From contig CAWGQH010000005.1 of assembly GCA_963824735.1 (NCBI GenBank), positions 35,193-99,192 of the forward strand: a stretch of DNA of 64,000 bases, in the 5' to 3' direction. The notes under the pieces were generated by a model. That model saw only the letters and a program-made list of their open reading frames with translations, was not told the DNA's origin and ran no database searches. The number at the start of each line of letters is the position of its first letter. The first letter of the stretch is position 1. Origin of the DNA: an uncultured Chloroflexia bacterium. GTDB taxonomy: Bacteria > Chloroflexota > Limnocylindria > Limnocylindrales > CSP1-4. The translations under genes were made by a program, and so were the position numbers. Below are positions 9,464-19,910 of this stretch, one piece after another.

Positions 9464-9808
9464 ATGCGTCAGCGAATCGCCCTCGCCGCGATCAAGGGCA
9501 TCCACACTGTCGCGTTCGCGGTGATCGCCACGTCGATCCTTGTCGTGCTCCTCGACGGGCTGCGGGGCCGCCCGACCCGGCGCACGGCAGCTGCCCTCGG
9601 AATCGCGCTGACCGAATGCGCCGTCTTTGCCGCGAATGGGTTCGTCTGTCCTTTGACACCGCTCGCCGAACGCCACGGTGCGCGACGCGGCTCGGTCAGC
9701 GACATCTTTCTGCCCGACGTGGTCGCCGAGAACCTGACCTGGTCCGCATCGACCGTCCTCGTGATCGGGATCGCCCTCAACGCCCGAGCGATCAGACGAG
9801 GTCGCTGA
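9464..9808 (+). CDS. Small membrane protein (2-3 TM), function unknown
   Basis: ATG at 9464. Hydrophobic helices IHTVAFAVIATSILVVLL and TWSASTVLVIGIAL. In frame with the spurious selD extension. Confidence 0.4.
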   Translation: MRQRIALAAIKGIHTVAFAVIATSILVVLLDGLRGRPTRRTAAALGIALTECAVFAANGFVCPLTPLAERHGARRGSVSDIFLPDVVAENLTWSASTVLVIGIALNARAIRRGR

Positions 9809-9838
9809 CCGCAGGTCAAGGCCCCTACACTCTGTGCC

Positions 9839-10540
9839 GTGCCTGCCCGCCTCGTCGCCCTGATCCCGGGCTACAACGAGGGTCCGCGGATCGGGCCGGT
9901 CGTCGAGGCGACGCTACGCCATCTCCCGGTCCTGGTCGTCGACGACGGCTCGGCGGACGACACCGCCGATCAGGCGCGCGCCGCTGGTGCGACGGTCATC
10001 GAACAGCGCCCGAACCAGGGCAAGGGCGCGGCACTCCGCCTGGGCTTCGAACGTGCCATCGCCGAGGGCTACAACGCCGTCCTCACGCTCGATGCCGACG
10101 GCCAGCACGACCCGGCGGAAATCCCGAAGTTCGTGGCCGCGTACGAGGCGGATCCGCGTCCGGACCTCGTCATCGGCCGGCGCAACTTCCGCACGATGCC
10201 ACCGACGCGCCGCCTCGCCAACGAGCTCGGCGGCCGCGCATTCTCATGGGCCGTCGGCCAGCCGATCCCCGACAACCAGTCCGGCTACCGGCTGATCGGA
10301 CGGCGGGTCATGGAGGCGACGCTCGGCAGCGACGAGGGCGGGTTCGAGTTCGAGGTCGAGATGATCACGACGTGCATCCGCCTCGGCGGCACGATCGCGT
10401 GGGTCCCGATCCGGACGATCTACGGCGCGCCGTCGCACATCCGGCCGCTCGACCACCTGCGCCACTTCATCCGGATCGTCCGGAAGGCACGTCGCGACGT
10501 GCGGACGCCCGCGGGGCTGACCGGCGCCGCCGATCCCCTC
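9839..10540 (+). CDS. Family-2 glycosyltransferase (DPM/GtrB-like); 3' end uncertain
   Basis: N-terminal 225 aa: IPGYNEGPRIGPVVEA…VVDDGSADDT…LDADGQHDP…QSGYRL. The ORF runs on to 12886 only as an antisense shadow of the LuxR gene. Confidence 0.65.
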
Positions 10541-13500
10541 CTGGTCGAAGCCGAGTCGCAGCGCCATCGCGACTGCCGCCCCGCGACCGCCGACGCCGAG
10601 CTTGCCGAGGATGTTGGACACGTGGACCGAAGCCGTCTTGTCGCTGATGAACAGGGCCTCTCCGATCTCACGATTGGTCAGGCCACCCGTCAGCAGCCCG
10701 AGCACCTCCCGCTCGCGGGCCGTCAGGCCCACGCCGAGATCGTCGCCGCCATCGGTCTCCCCGCCGAGATCGATGCGCGCCCGGCCCGCGAGGCCCGCGA
10801 CGGCCGCGAGCAACGGTTCGGCACCGAGCCGCGCTGCGGTGTCGGCCGCCGAGCGCAACGCTGCGGCGGCCTCCTCGCGCGCGGCACCGGTGGCCAGGAC
10901 CGTCTCGGCAAGGTGGAGACGACAGGTTGCCGCCTCGTAGACATACCCCAGGTCGTCGTACGCCTCGATCGCCGCCGTCCATGCTGCGATGTCGGACTGT
11001 CCGGCGAGCCGGAGGCGATCCGCGGCCCCATGGCGGACATAGGCCCGGAGCGTCGGTGGCCAACGCCCGGCGTCCGAGCCAAGGGCCAAAGCGGCCTCGT
11101 CCAGGATCCGAACGAGACGGAGGCCGCGCGCCTGCGCGGTCGCTACGCCGTCCGCGTCCCGTCGTCGCGTCGCGCGATCGGCCTCGTCGGCCTCCGCGGC
11201 CAGCGCCGCGCACAGCAGCCACCAGAGCGGGGCATCGTGGGCCGGATCCGCCGAGATGCTGAGCGCCTCGTCGATGGCGCTCCGGACCCGATCGATGTTG
11301 CCGCCGACGCGACCGAGGACGATGGCGGCGCGCATCACCCAGACGCGGTCGATGACGGCGTCCCCGGGACCGACGGCCTCGGACGCCGCTGCGAAGAGCT
11401 CAGCTGCTCCTTCCACGTCGCCGCGCATGGCGCAGATCTCGGCCAGCGATTCGAGATACCAGGGTGCGGAGCGACCCCCGTCCGCCTGCGCAAGCTCGGT
11501 CTCGCACAGGGCCACGGCCTCGTCCCAACGACCGAGATCGATGTAGCCGTCGACGATGTCGGTGACGAGGAACGGCCGGAAGCGGCGGAGCGAGCCGATC
11601 CGCGCCTGGCGGTCGAGCTCGTCGCGGATCAGTGCGTCAGCTTCTACATGCCGGCCACCCAGACACAGCGCGTAACTCAGCTGGCTGACCGCGATCCCGG
11701 ACCGGGGGTCGCCGGCAGCCAGGAACAGCGCATGTGCCTCGCGGAGGTCGGCGATGCCCTCGTCGAGCAACCCGTACGCCGCCCGGCCGGCGCCGATGCC
11801 CAGCAGCGCGCCGGCTTCGATGCCGACCTCGCCGGAGCGGCGCGCGGCCTCGATCGTCGCGTCGGCCGTGCGGACGATCTCGGGATAGCGGCCCATCCCC
11901 CACAGCAAGACGCCCCGCGTGGTCAGAAGCCGCGCGGTCCCGATCCCGGGGAAGTCGGAGCCAATCCACCCGAGCGCATGGTCGACGACCGTCAGGGCGC
12001 CGGCCTGGTCGCCGAGCTCCGAGAGGTACCAGGCGAGCCGGTCCGTTCGCCGCGCCCATGCTTCGCCGGGCGATGCGGTGTTGCCATCCGGTCCGCGCTC
12101 GATCGCCAGGCGAGCAAGCTCCACGGCGCGGCGGACACTGCCGGCGCTCGACGCAGAGGCCGCCGCACTGTCGTAGAGAGATGGCAGGTCGGTCCCCGTC
12201 TCCGACTCGGGATCGGCAACGCGGCTCCAGAGCCGGATGGCTCGCTCGAAATGCTCGAGTGCCTCGTCGTGAGCGAACACAGCCGCAGCCGCACGGCCTG
12301 CCCGAACCGACGCCCCGATTGCACGTCGATCGTCGTGGGCGCCGTGCCAGTGGTAGGCGAGCTCGGCGGTCAACCTTGCGTCCCCGTCCCAGTCGGCCGG
12401 GCCGCGGGTCGTAAGCGCCTCTGCGACGAGCGCATGGAGCGCGCTGCGCTCGGTCGGGAGCAGGTCCTCGTAGGCGACCTCCCGGACCAGCGCGTGGCGG
12501 AAATCGTACGCCGGGCCTCCATCGGTCTCGACCGGAACGAGCATGTGCTGATCCACGGCGTCGCGGAGGTCGTCGACGAGATCGGGCTCTGCGCGGTCGG
12601 CAACCGACGCGAGCAGGTCATGCTCCGCGCGCCGACCGATGACCGCCGCAATGCGCAGCACTCGCTGCGTCTCCTGGGCCAGGCCGGACAGCCTCGCGAG
12701 CAGGATCTCCTGGAGCGTCGGCGAGACGACGCCACGACGATCCCGAGAGGAACTCGTGAGCAGTTCCTCGACGAAGAACGGATTGCCATCCGACCGGCCC
12801 AGCACGTCCTCGACGAAACGCGCGCCGGGCACGGTTCCGAGGATCCCGGCGATCTGGGCCTGGACCTCGTCACGGTCGAGGCGTGAAAGGTCGATGCGCT
12901 CGACGGACGGCAGCCTTTCGAGAAGCGCGAGCAGCGGCAGCAGCGGATGCCGCCGCGTCAACTCGTCCGACCGGTACGTCCCGATCAGGACCAACCGCTC
13001 GTCGCGTAGCCGTCCCGCGAGGAACGTGAGCAGGGCGCGCGACGACGGATCGGCCCAGTGCAGATCCTCGAGCACGAGCACGATCGGTCGTGTCCAGCGC
13101 AAGGCGGCCCAGCACGTCGAGCACGGCTTCGAAGAGGCGCGGGCGCGAATCGACCCCGTCGTCGGGAGAGTGAACAGGGGAGGCCGGCGCGTCGCCGAGG
13201 CCGGGCACCAGGCGGGCGAGGTGGACGGCGCCGTCACCCGCTGCCTCGATGATCTGCTCGCGACCAACCTCGGCCAGCAGCGACCGAAACGCCTCGGTGA
13301 AGGGGCCGTAGGGCAGGTCGCTGTCGCCAAGTCCGATCGCGCCGCCGACGATGACGCCGAAGCCTTCGGCTCGAGCCATCGAGCTGGCCTCGGTCACGAG
13401 GCGCGTCTTCCCGACGCCGGCCTCTCCGGAGACGAGGACCGTCGAGGGCACGCCGCCCGATGCGCGGTCGCGCGCGGCGCGGAGCCGGTCGAGTTCGGCG

Positions 13501-13553
13501 AGGCGACCGGCCAGGGTCGGACTCACGACGCGGGTCGACATCGCGGGCATCAT
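10244..13553 (-). CDS. LAL-family (large ATP-binding LuxR) transcriptional regulator. At least one apparent frameshift; true stop probably near 10550.
   Basis: N-terminal AAA/NACHT-like VLVSGEAGVGKTRLV. …LVLEDLHWADPSS…LVLIGTYR in a different frame (shift near 13075). TPR-like middle. C-terminal HTH REREVLGLLTGGLTNREIGEALFISDKTASVHVSNILGKLGV. The 100 aa after …LRLGF look like a spurious extension. Confidence 0.7.
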
Positions 13554-13969
13554 CGACCCTGCCGCGACGGCGAGCAACGGATCAGCGGCCCCGCCGCCCG
13601 ATCGGTGACCGCCGGCCCATCTCAGTGGCGCGCGAAGCGGGCCACAAGGCGGCGGAGCCGAAAGGCTTCGTCCGTCCTGATACCGGTGGTCGGCCACGGC
13701 GGCCACGTCGTCGTCCGGGAGCGGCGGCACATCAGGCCGCCGGTGGAGGGCGCGCCATTCGTCGTCGGCGCGCCGACGGGCTTCGTCGCCAGAAAGGGCT
13801 CCCAGCGCCAGCAATCTTCCAAGTCCGTTCATCGGTCGTTCCCCGCTCGGTCAGCAGATCTCATGCTTCCACGATCGGACTAAGGGGCCGGGGATGCGCA
13901 TCGGGAGAACGCTCATTTCTCGGCGCGAGCGCTACACTCGTGCGGTCAGCTCCGCAGGAGGCCACCGCA
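13554..13969. promoter_or_regulatory. Divergent intergenic/promoter region between the LAL regulator and the Sec-containing fdhA
   Basis: 415 bp without convincing coding signal. Contains short inverted repeats (e.g. aacGCTCatttctcggcgcGAGCgct). AGGAGG SD sits 8 nt before the fdhA GTG. Confidence 0.3.
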
Positions 13970-15886
13970 GTGGCAAAGGCCTACGTTCGACTGACCCAGC
14001 CCCTCGTCCGCGACACGAAGGGCGGCGAGCTTCGACCCGCGACGTGGGACGAGGCGCTCGACCGGACCGTCGCCGGGTTCAGGACCGCGAACGCGGCCCA
14101 CGGCCCGTCGACATTCGGCATCTTCAGCTGCAGCAAGGCGACCAACGAGGTCAACTTCGCGGCGCAGAAGTTCAGCCGGGCGGTCCTGGGCAGCAACAAC
14201 ATCGACAGCTGCAACCGCACCTGACACGCCCCGAGCGTCGCCGGTCTGGCGACGGTGTTCGGTGCCGGTGGCGGCACAAGTTCATACCGTGAGATCGAAG
14301 AGACGGACCTGATCGTCCTGTGGGGCAGCAACGCCCGCGAGACGCACCCGATCTTCTTCCACCACCTCCTGCGCGGCGTGCGCAACGGCGCGCGCCTGTT
14401 CGCGGTCGATCCGCGGCGGACATCCTCGGCCGAATGGGCCGACACGTGGCTGGGTCTCGATGTCGGCAGCGACATCGCGCTGGCCAACGCCGTCGGCCGC
14501 GAGATCATCGCGGCGGGCCTCCAGCACCGCGAGTTCATCGAGCGGGCGACGTCGGACTTCGAGGCCTATCGCGCCGGCGTCGAGCCCTACACGCTCGAAT
14601 ACGCCCAGCGCGAGACCGGCGTGCCGGCCGATGCGATCCGCGAGCTGGCCCACGCCTTCGCGAAGGCCGACCGGGCGATGATCTGCTGGACGCTCGGCAT
14701 CACCGAGCACCACAACGCGGTCGACAACGTCCTCGCGCTCATCAACCTGGCGCTGCTGACCGGGCACGTTGGGAAGTACGGCAGCGGTCTCAACCCCCTG
14801 CGTGGCCAGAACAACGTGCAGGGCGGCGGCGACATGGGCGCGATCCCCGATCGGCTACCCGGCTTCCAGCACGTCGAGAACGACCGGCTTCGGGCGAAGT
14901 TCGAACAGGCGTGGGGGGTGACGATCCCGGACAAGCGCGGCCGCCACCTGACGGCGATGTGCGACGCGATGGCGTGCGGCGACCAGCGCCTGCTGTACGT
15001 GATCGGCGAGAACCCGGCCCAGTCGGAGGCCGACCAGGGCCGCATGCGCGGCATGCTCGAAGGCCTCGAGTTCCTCGTCGTCCAGGACCTGTTCCTGACG
15101 AAGACGGCGGAGCTGGCGGACGTCGTCCTGCCGGCGGCGGCCTCGTGGGCCGAGAGCGAAGGGACGGTCACGAACTCGGAACGGCGCGTCCAGCGCGTGC
15201 GCAAGGCGAAGGAGCCGCCCGGCGACGCGCGCGACGACCTGTGGATCATCGCCGAGCTCGCGCGCCGAATGGGCAGCGACTGGGGCTGGTCCGGCGCCGA
15301 GGACGCCTGGAACGAGCTGCGGACCCTGTCGCCGATGCACGCCGGAATGACGTACGCGCGGCTCGACGAGCTCGATGGCATCCAGTGGCCGTGCTACGAC
15401 GAGGACCACCCGGGCGAGCTGTTCCTCCACTCGCGGCTGTGGGAGGACCCGGTCCCGGGGATGCGCGCGCCGTTCGTGGCGGTCGAGCACGACCCGCCGG
15501 TCGACCGCCTCGACGACGACTTCCCGATCCGGCTCACGACCGGCCGCCGGCTCGACTCGTACAACACGGGCGTCCAGACCGCGGGCTACACATCGCCGCT
15601 GCGGCGCGGCGAGTCGCTCGACATCTCCCCGGAGGATGCCGCCGCGTACGGGCTCGTCGACGGCGAGCGCGTCTGCGTCACCTCGCGGCGCGGGCAGGTC
15701 GAGGCGCCGATCCGGATCGACGAGTCGCTGCGGCCAGGGCTGACGTTCATGACGCTCCATTTCCAGGACGACGTCGCGACGAACCTGCTGACCATCGACG
15801 CATGGGACCCGAAGTCGGGCACGGCCGAGTTCAAGGCCACGGCGATCCGCATCGAGAAGCTCCCGGCGGCCGAACCCGTCGCCTGA
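13970..15886 (+). CDS. fdhA: Formate dehydrogenase alpha, Mo-bisPGD catalytic module. Selenoprotein with in-frame UGA at 14222-14224; lacks the N-terminal Fe-S domain.
   Basis: GTG 13970 after AGGAGG. Aligns with E. coli FdhF from about residue 45: ELRPATWDEAL…, SNNIDSCNRT-U-HAPSVAGL (U = TGA) matching FdhF NNVDCCARVUHGPSVAGL, GQNNVQGGGDMGA…, C-terminal …AEFKATAIRIEK. The two tool ORFs 13460-14224 and 14255-15886 are in the same frame, separated only by the TGA. Confidence 0.85.
14232..14258 (+). promoter_or_regulatory. Bacterial SECIS-like hairpin downstream of the UGA-Sec codon
   Basis: 12 nt after the TGA: gtcgcc GGUCU ggcgac (14237-14253, 6-7 bp stem). Apical loop carries GGUC, as in the E. 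coli fdhF SECIS. Confidence 0.55.
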
Positions 15887-16205
15887 GCCGCACCTCTCGC
15901 CGCCGCCGTGATGTCCCGTGGCCGGCCACGTTCATGGCCTCGGGCTCAGCCGGTAAGACCGGCCGTGCTCGGTGCATGGACGCTGCGAACGGAGCGCTCC
16001 GCGGATCCCCTGCAACCAGCCTCCGCTCGGGCGGATAGGACGCTGGATTCCTCGCCCATGGTCACGCCGGGCCGGAACGTTCCGGTTCGGGGCCGATATC
16101 GTCGTCCCCTGTGCTCCCAGCGTCCATGGACCAAGAACCGCCGTGGCGATCCAGGTGGTGGGCCGGCGGCGTCTCGGCGAGCGGCGTCAGCCGGCGCGAG
16201 CGGGG

Positions 16206-17435
16206 TCAGCCGGACGAGGGCGGCGTGGGCGGCGGGATGGGCGTGTACGGCATCGAGGTGGACGGCGGGTCTGCCTCTCCGGAGTCGCCCTGGTCACGCC
16301 GGAGCACCAGCTCCAGGCCGATGATCAGCACGGCCGCGAGCAGTGCCACCTCCAGCCCGACGGCGATCCACAGCACGACCAGCGCGACCAGGGCGAGCCC
16401 GATCCGCTCCCTCGACCGCTCCGAGCTGAACGACGCCCTCGAGACCGAAGGCCGGCCAAACGCGTAGACAACGATGGCGATGATCCCGAGGACAAGCAGG
16501 ATGAGAGCGCCCAGCCGCGGAAGTCGGAAAGCGTGGCATCGAGGATCGACGCGAACGGCGCCGCGCAGTCCCTTGCTCGCGATCGAGGCGGTCATGCGCG
16601 TCGCTCGCCGCCCTCGTGAACAGCCGAGCGAGCAAGAAGGTGACGATCGTGCCGAGGGCGAGATAGATCACCATGCGGCGCCGGTTCCCCGACAGCCAGA
16701 TCGCGAGCGCGACGAGCGCCACGGCGAGCGCCATCAGGACGATGACGACGAGGTCGAAGACGCGGACGGCCGTCTGGGCGGTCTCCAGCCGTTCGACCGG
16801 CATGAGCGGGATCGTGCCGAAGTCCTCGGGGAAGCGTCACGCCGAGCCGGGTCTCGAGGATCCCCCGGACGACGCCGGGCGGCTCCGCCGTTGCGGGATC
16901 GGGAAGCTGCGACGTCAGGGGCGATGATCCCTGCGGTCTGCAACTCCTGGAGCGCGACGAGCAGCGCCGGGTAGACCTCGAGCACCACCTGGCCGTCGAC
17001 GACGGTCACCGCCTCCGCCCGGTCGCGGAGCAGGTTCATCACCCGCTCGTGGGCGAACGCCAGCGTCCTCGTCAGGGCCTGCTGCATGCGCGGCTCGGCG
17101 AGCAGCGTCTCGAGGCGGCGCGTCAGCCCGTCCTGCAGCGCGAGGGTGACGGGTCCTGCGATCGCAGTCACCCGCTCGGGCAGCACATTCGCCAGGCGCG
17201 ACTGGACGTCGAGCGTGGTGACGACCTGCGTGCTGATGCGTGCCGCCAGCGGGTCGATGACCTCGGGGTCGTCGAGCACGTCGCTGGCAAGCGCCGTGAA
17301 CCGATCCGAGTTCAACGCGACCTGGTGCGCCCAGACAGCCACCGTCGCGACGACGATCGTGATGCACGCGAGGACCAGGCTGATCCCCGCCAGGACGCTG
17401 CGCCTCCGCGACACGCGCCTTCCGCCGGCGTCCAT
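16206..17435 (-). CDS. Membrane protein of unknown function (N-terminal TM, extracytoplasmic domain, 3-4 C-terminal TM; two apparent frameshifts)
   Basis: ATG 17433-17435 preceded by GGGGAGGG. Three consecutive frames each carry plausible protein sequence (…LAGISLVLACITIVVATVAVW…, …VFDLVVIVLMALAVALVALAIW…, …IGLALVALVVLWIAVGLEVALLAAVLIIGL…). Confidence 0.45.
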
Positions 17436-17545
17436 CTGGCCCTCCCCATTTCGCTCCATGTAACGCGGACCACAGTAGCAGCCGCCTGTCGGGCGAAGCG
17501 CAGGACGGGCGCCACGCGCATCCACGCCCCTCGTACCATCACGCC

Positions 17546-19260
17546 ATGCGCAACCCGCTGCCGATCGCGATCCTGGCCGCCGCGCAGTTCGTGATGGTGC
17601 TCGACAGCAGCGTCATGAACGTGTCGATCTCGCAGATCGTGGCCGACCTCGACACCACGATCCAGGGCGTCCAGCTGGCCATCACCGCGTACACGCTCGT
17701 CATGGCCGCGTTCATGCTCGTCGGCGCGAAGCTGGGCGACATCTGGGGACGCGATCGGGCCTTCGCGGTCGGCCTGGTGGTCTACGCCACGGGCTCGTTC
17801 ATCACGGCCATCAGCCCGAACCTCGCCGTCCTGCTCTTCGGCTGGTCGCTGATCGAGGGCCTCGGGGCGGTGCTCGTGGTCCCCGCGATCGCGGCGCTCG
17901 TCGCGCAGAACTACGAGGGCAAGGAGCGGGCGCTGGCCTACGGGATCGTCGGTGGCGTCGCGGCAGCCGCGATCGCGGCCGGTCCGGTGATCGGCGGCTG
18001 GGTGACGACCACGTTCACGTGGCGCCTGGTGTTCGTCGGCGAGGTCTTCATCGTTGCCGTCATCCTGCTCACCCGGAAGCGCATGAAGTCCGCGCCCGCC
18101 GAACCGAACCCGCCGAGCCTCGACATCGTCGGCGCCGCCCTCTCGGCGAGCGGCCTGGCGATCATCGTGCTGGCCATCCTCCAGAGCAGCACGTGGGGCT
18201 TCATCCTGCCGCGCGTGGTCCCGGTCATCGCCGGTCGCGAGATCACGCCGCTCGGGTTCTCCGTGGTGCCGTTCCTGATCCTCGCCGGGCTCGGCCTCCT
18301 GTTCGTCTTCGAGGCCTGGGAGCAGCGCCTCGCCCGGCTCGGTCGCGACCGACTGCTCGACTCCGCGCTGCTCGGGATCGTCCACCTTCGCGCCGGGCTG
18401 GCGACCCTCGGCGCCCAGCAGCTGGTCCTGCTCGGGACGTTCTTCGTGCTCCCCGTCTACCTCCAGGTCGTCCTCGGGCTCAATGCCCTGGAGACCGGCC
18501 TGCGCCTGCTGCCGATGTCGGTGACGATGCTGATCGCGGCGCTGACCGGCCCGAAGATCGCCGCCCGGCGGTCGCCGAAGGCCGTGTGCCGGCTCGGCCT
18601 GGTGGCGATCTCGGTCGCGGCGGTCGTCCTGCTGGCGACCCTCGACATCGAGCTCAACGACGTCGGGTTCCTGGTCGGACTCGCGGTGTTCGGCGTCGGG
18701 GCCGGGTTGCTCGCATCGCAGCTCGGGAACGTGATCATCTCGGCGGCCCCACCCGCGCAGACGAACGAGGCCGGCGGCCTCCGGTCTGCTCGCATCGCAG
18801 CTCGGGAACGTGATCATCTCGGCCGCACCGCCGGAGCAGACGAACGAGGCCGGCGGTCTTCAGGGCACGGCCCAGAACCTCGGCGCATCGCTCGGGACGG
18901 CGCTCATCGGCGCGATCCTGCTGATCGGGCTGACAAACGGGTTCGTGGAGCGGATCACGGCGAACGAGGAGCTCCCCGCCGAGCTTCGGACGACCGTTGC
19001 CACGGCGGCGAGCGAGCAGGGGCTCGAAGTCATCCCGGTCACGGAGGTCGAGCAGTTCCTGACGGACGCCGGCCTCCCGCCCGACCAGGCCGAGGCCATC
19101 GCGACGGACTACGGCGCCGCGCAGCTCGACGGCCTCCGGCTGGCCCTCGGCGGGGTCGCGCTGCTGGCGCTGCTCGGCCTGTTCTTCACCCGGAACCTGC
19201 CCGACCGGTCGACCCAGGAGGAGGCTGGTCGCCGAAGAACCCGTTCCGGTGGCGGCACCG
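17546..19260 (+). CDS. MFS transporter, DHA2 (14-TM drug:H+ antiporter-like), interrupted by a 79-bp tandem duplication; 3' end approximate
   Basis: N-terminal MRNPLPIAILAAAQFVMVLDSSVMNVSISQI… and multiple TM helices. After the duplication the frame continues …QGTAQNLGASLGTALIGAILLIGL…LLALLGLFFTRNLPDR. Confidence 0.7.
18711..18868. repeat. Imperfect 79-bp tandem duplication inside the MFS gene
   Basis: cgcatcgcagctcgggaacgtgatcatctcggc…cagacgaacgaggccggcgg occurs twice (18711-18789, 18790-18868) with several substitutions. The 79-bp period gives a +1 frameshift. Both copies encode LASQLGNVIISAAPP(A/E)QTNEAGGL. Confidence 0.75.
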
Positions 19261-19302
19261 GCCGGCTGACTCGGCGCCCGCCGGGCGCCTACACTCGGGG
19301 CG

Positions 19303-19900
19303 ATGGATCTGCACGTCATCGGGCCCCTCGCGTCCCCGGCCGAGCGGGCCGCGGTCGACGCGGTCCTCGGGCCACCGGCGACTCGCTGGGTCGGCGGTGA
19401 GCGAACGCCCGGTTCCGAGGGCCACGTGTCCCACGGCGGCCACGCCGCCCGCTCGCGACGCGATCTGCTGCTCCCGGTACTGCACGCGGTCCAGGACCGC
19501 ATCGGCTGGATCAGCCAGCCGGCCCTGAACTACGTCTGCAAGCGGCTGACGATCCCGCCGGCCGAGGCCTACGGCGTGGCCACGTTCTACGCGCTGTTCG
19601 CGACGAAGCCGCGGCCACCGGTCGTGGCCCACCTGTGCGACGACATCGCCTGCCGGCTGGCCGGCGCCGAGACGGTGATCGGCGACGTGGAGCGGGCGCT
19701 CGGTCCGGAGGGGCAGCCCTCCGCCGATGGAGAGCGAACCTGGCTCCGATCGCCCTGCCTCGGCCTGTGCGACCGCGCGCCCGCGGCACTGGTCACCGTC
19801 GCCGGTGCCGCAGCCGGTGACGATGGCAGCGGCCCCGGTCGACGCCGCCGGGATCGTGGCCCGGATGGCGCCTGGTTACAACGGCCGCGGCCGGCACGCC
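19303..19900 (+). CDS. fdsG: NAD-dependent formate dehydrogenase gamma subunit (NuoE-like 2Fe-2S protein); 3' end/junction with the next gene unclear
   Basis: …GVATFYALF…HLCDDIACRLAG…CLGLCDRAPAALV (four-Cys 2Fe-2S pattern of the NuoE/24-kDa family). Frame ambiguities in 19800-19910; possible fusion to the NuoF-like gene. Confidence 0.65.
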
Positions 19901-19910
19901 CGAAGACGCC

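Noticed and set aside
9839-12886. 1015-aa plus-strand ORF
   Set aside because: Only the first about 230 aa (GT2 domain) look like protein. The remainder is Arg/Ala/Gly-rich and exactly antisense to the LAL regulator gene. It is a typical GC-rich shadow ORF.
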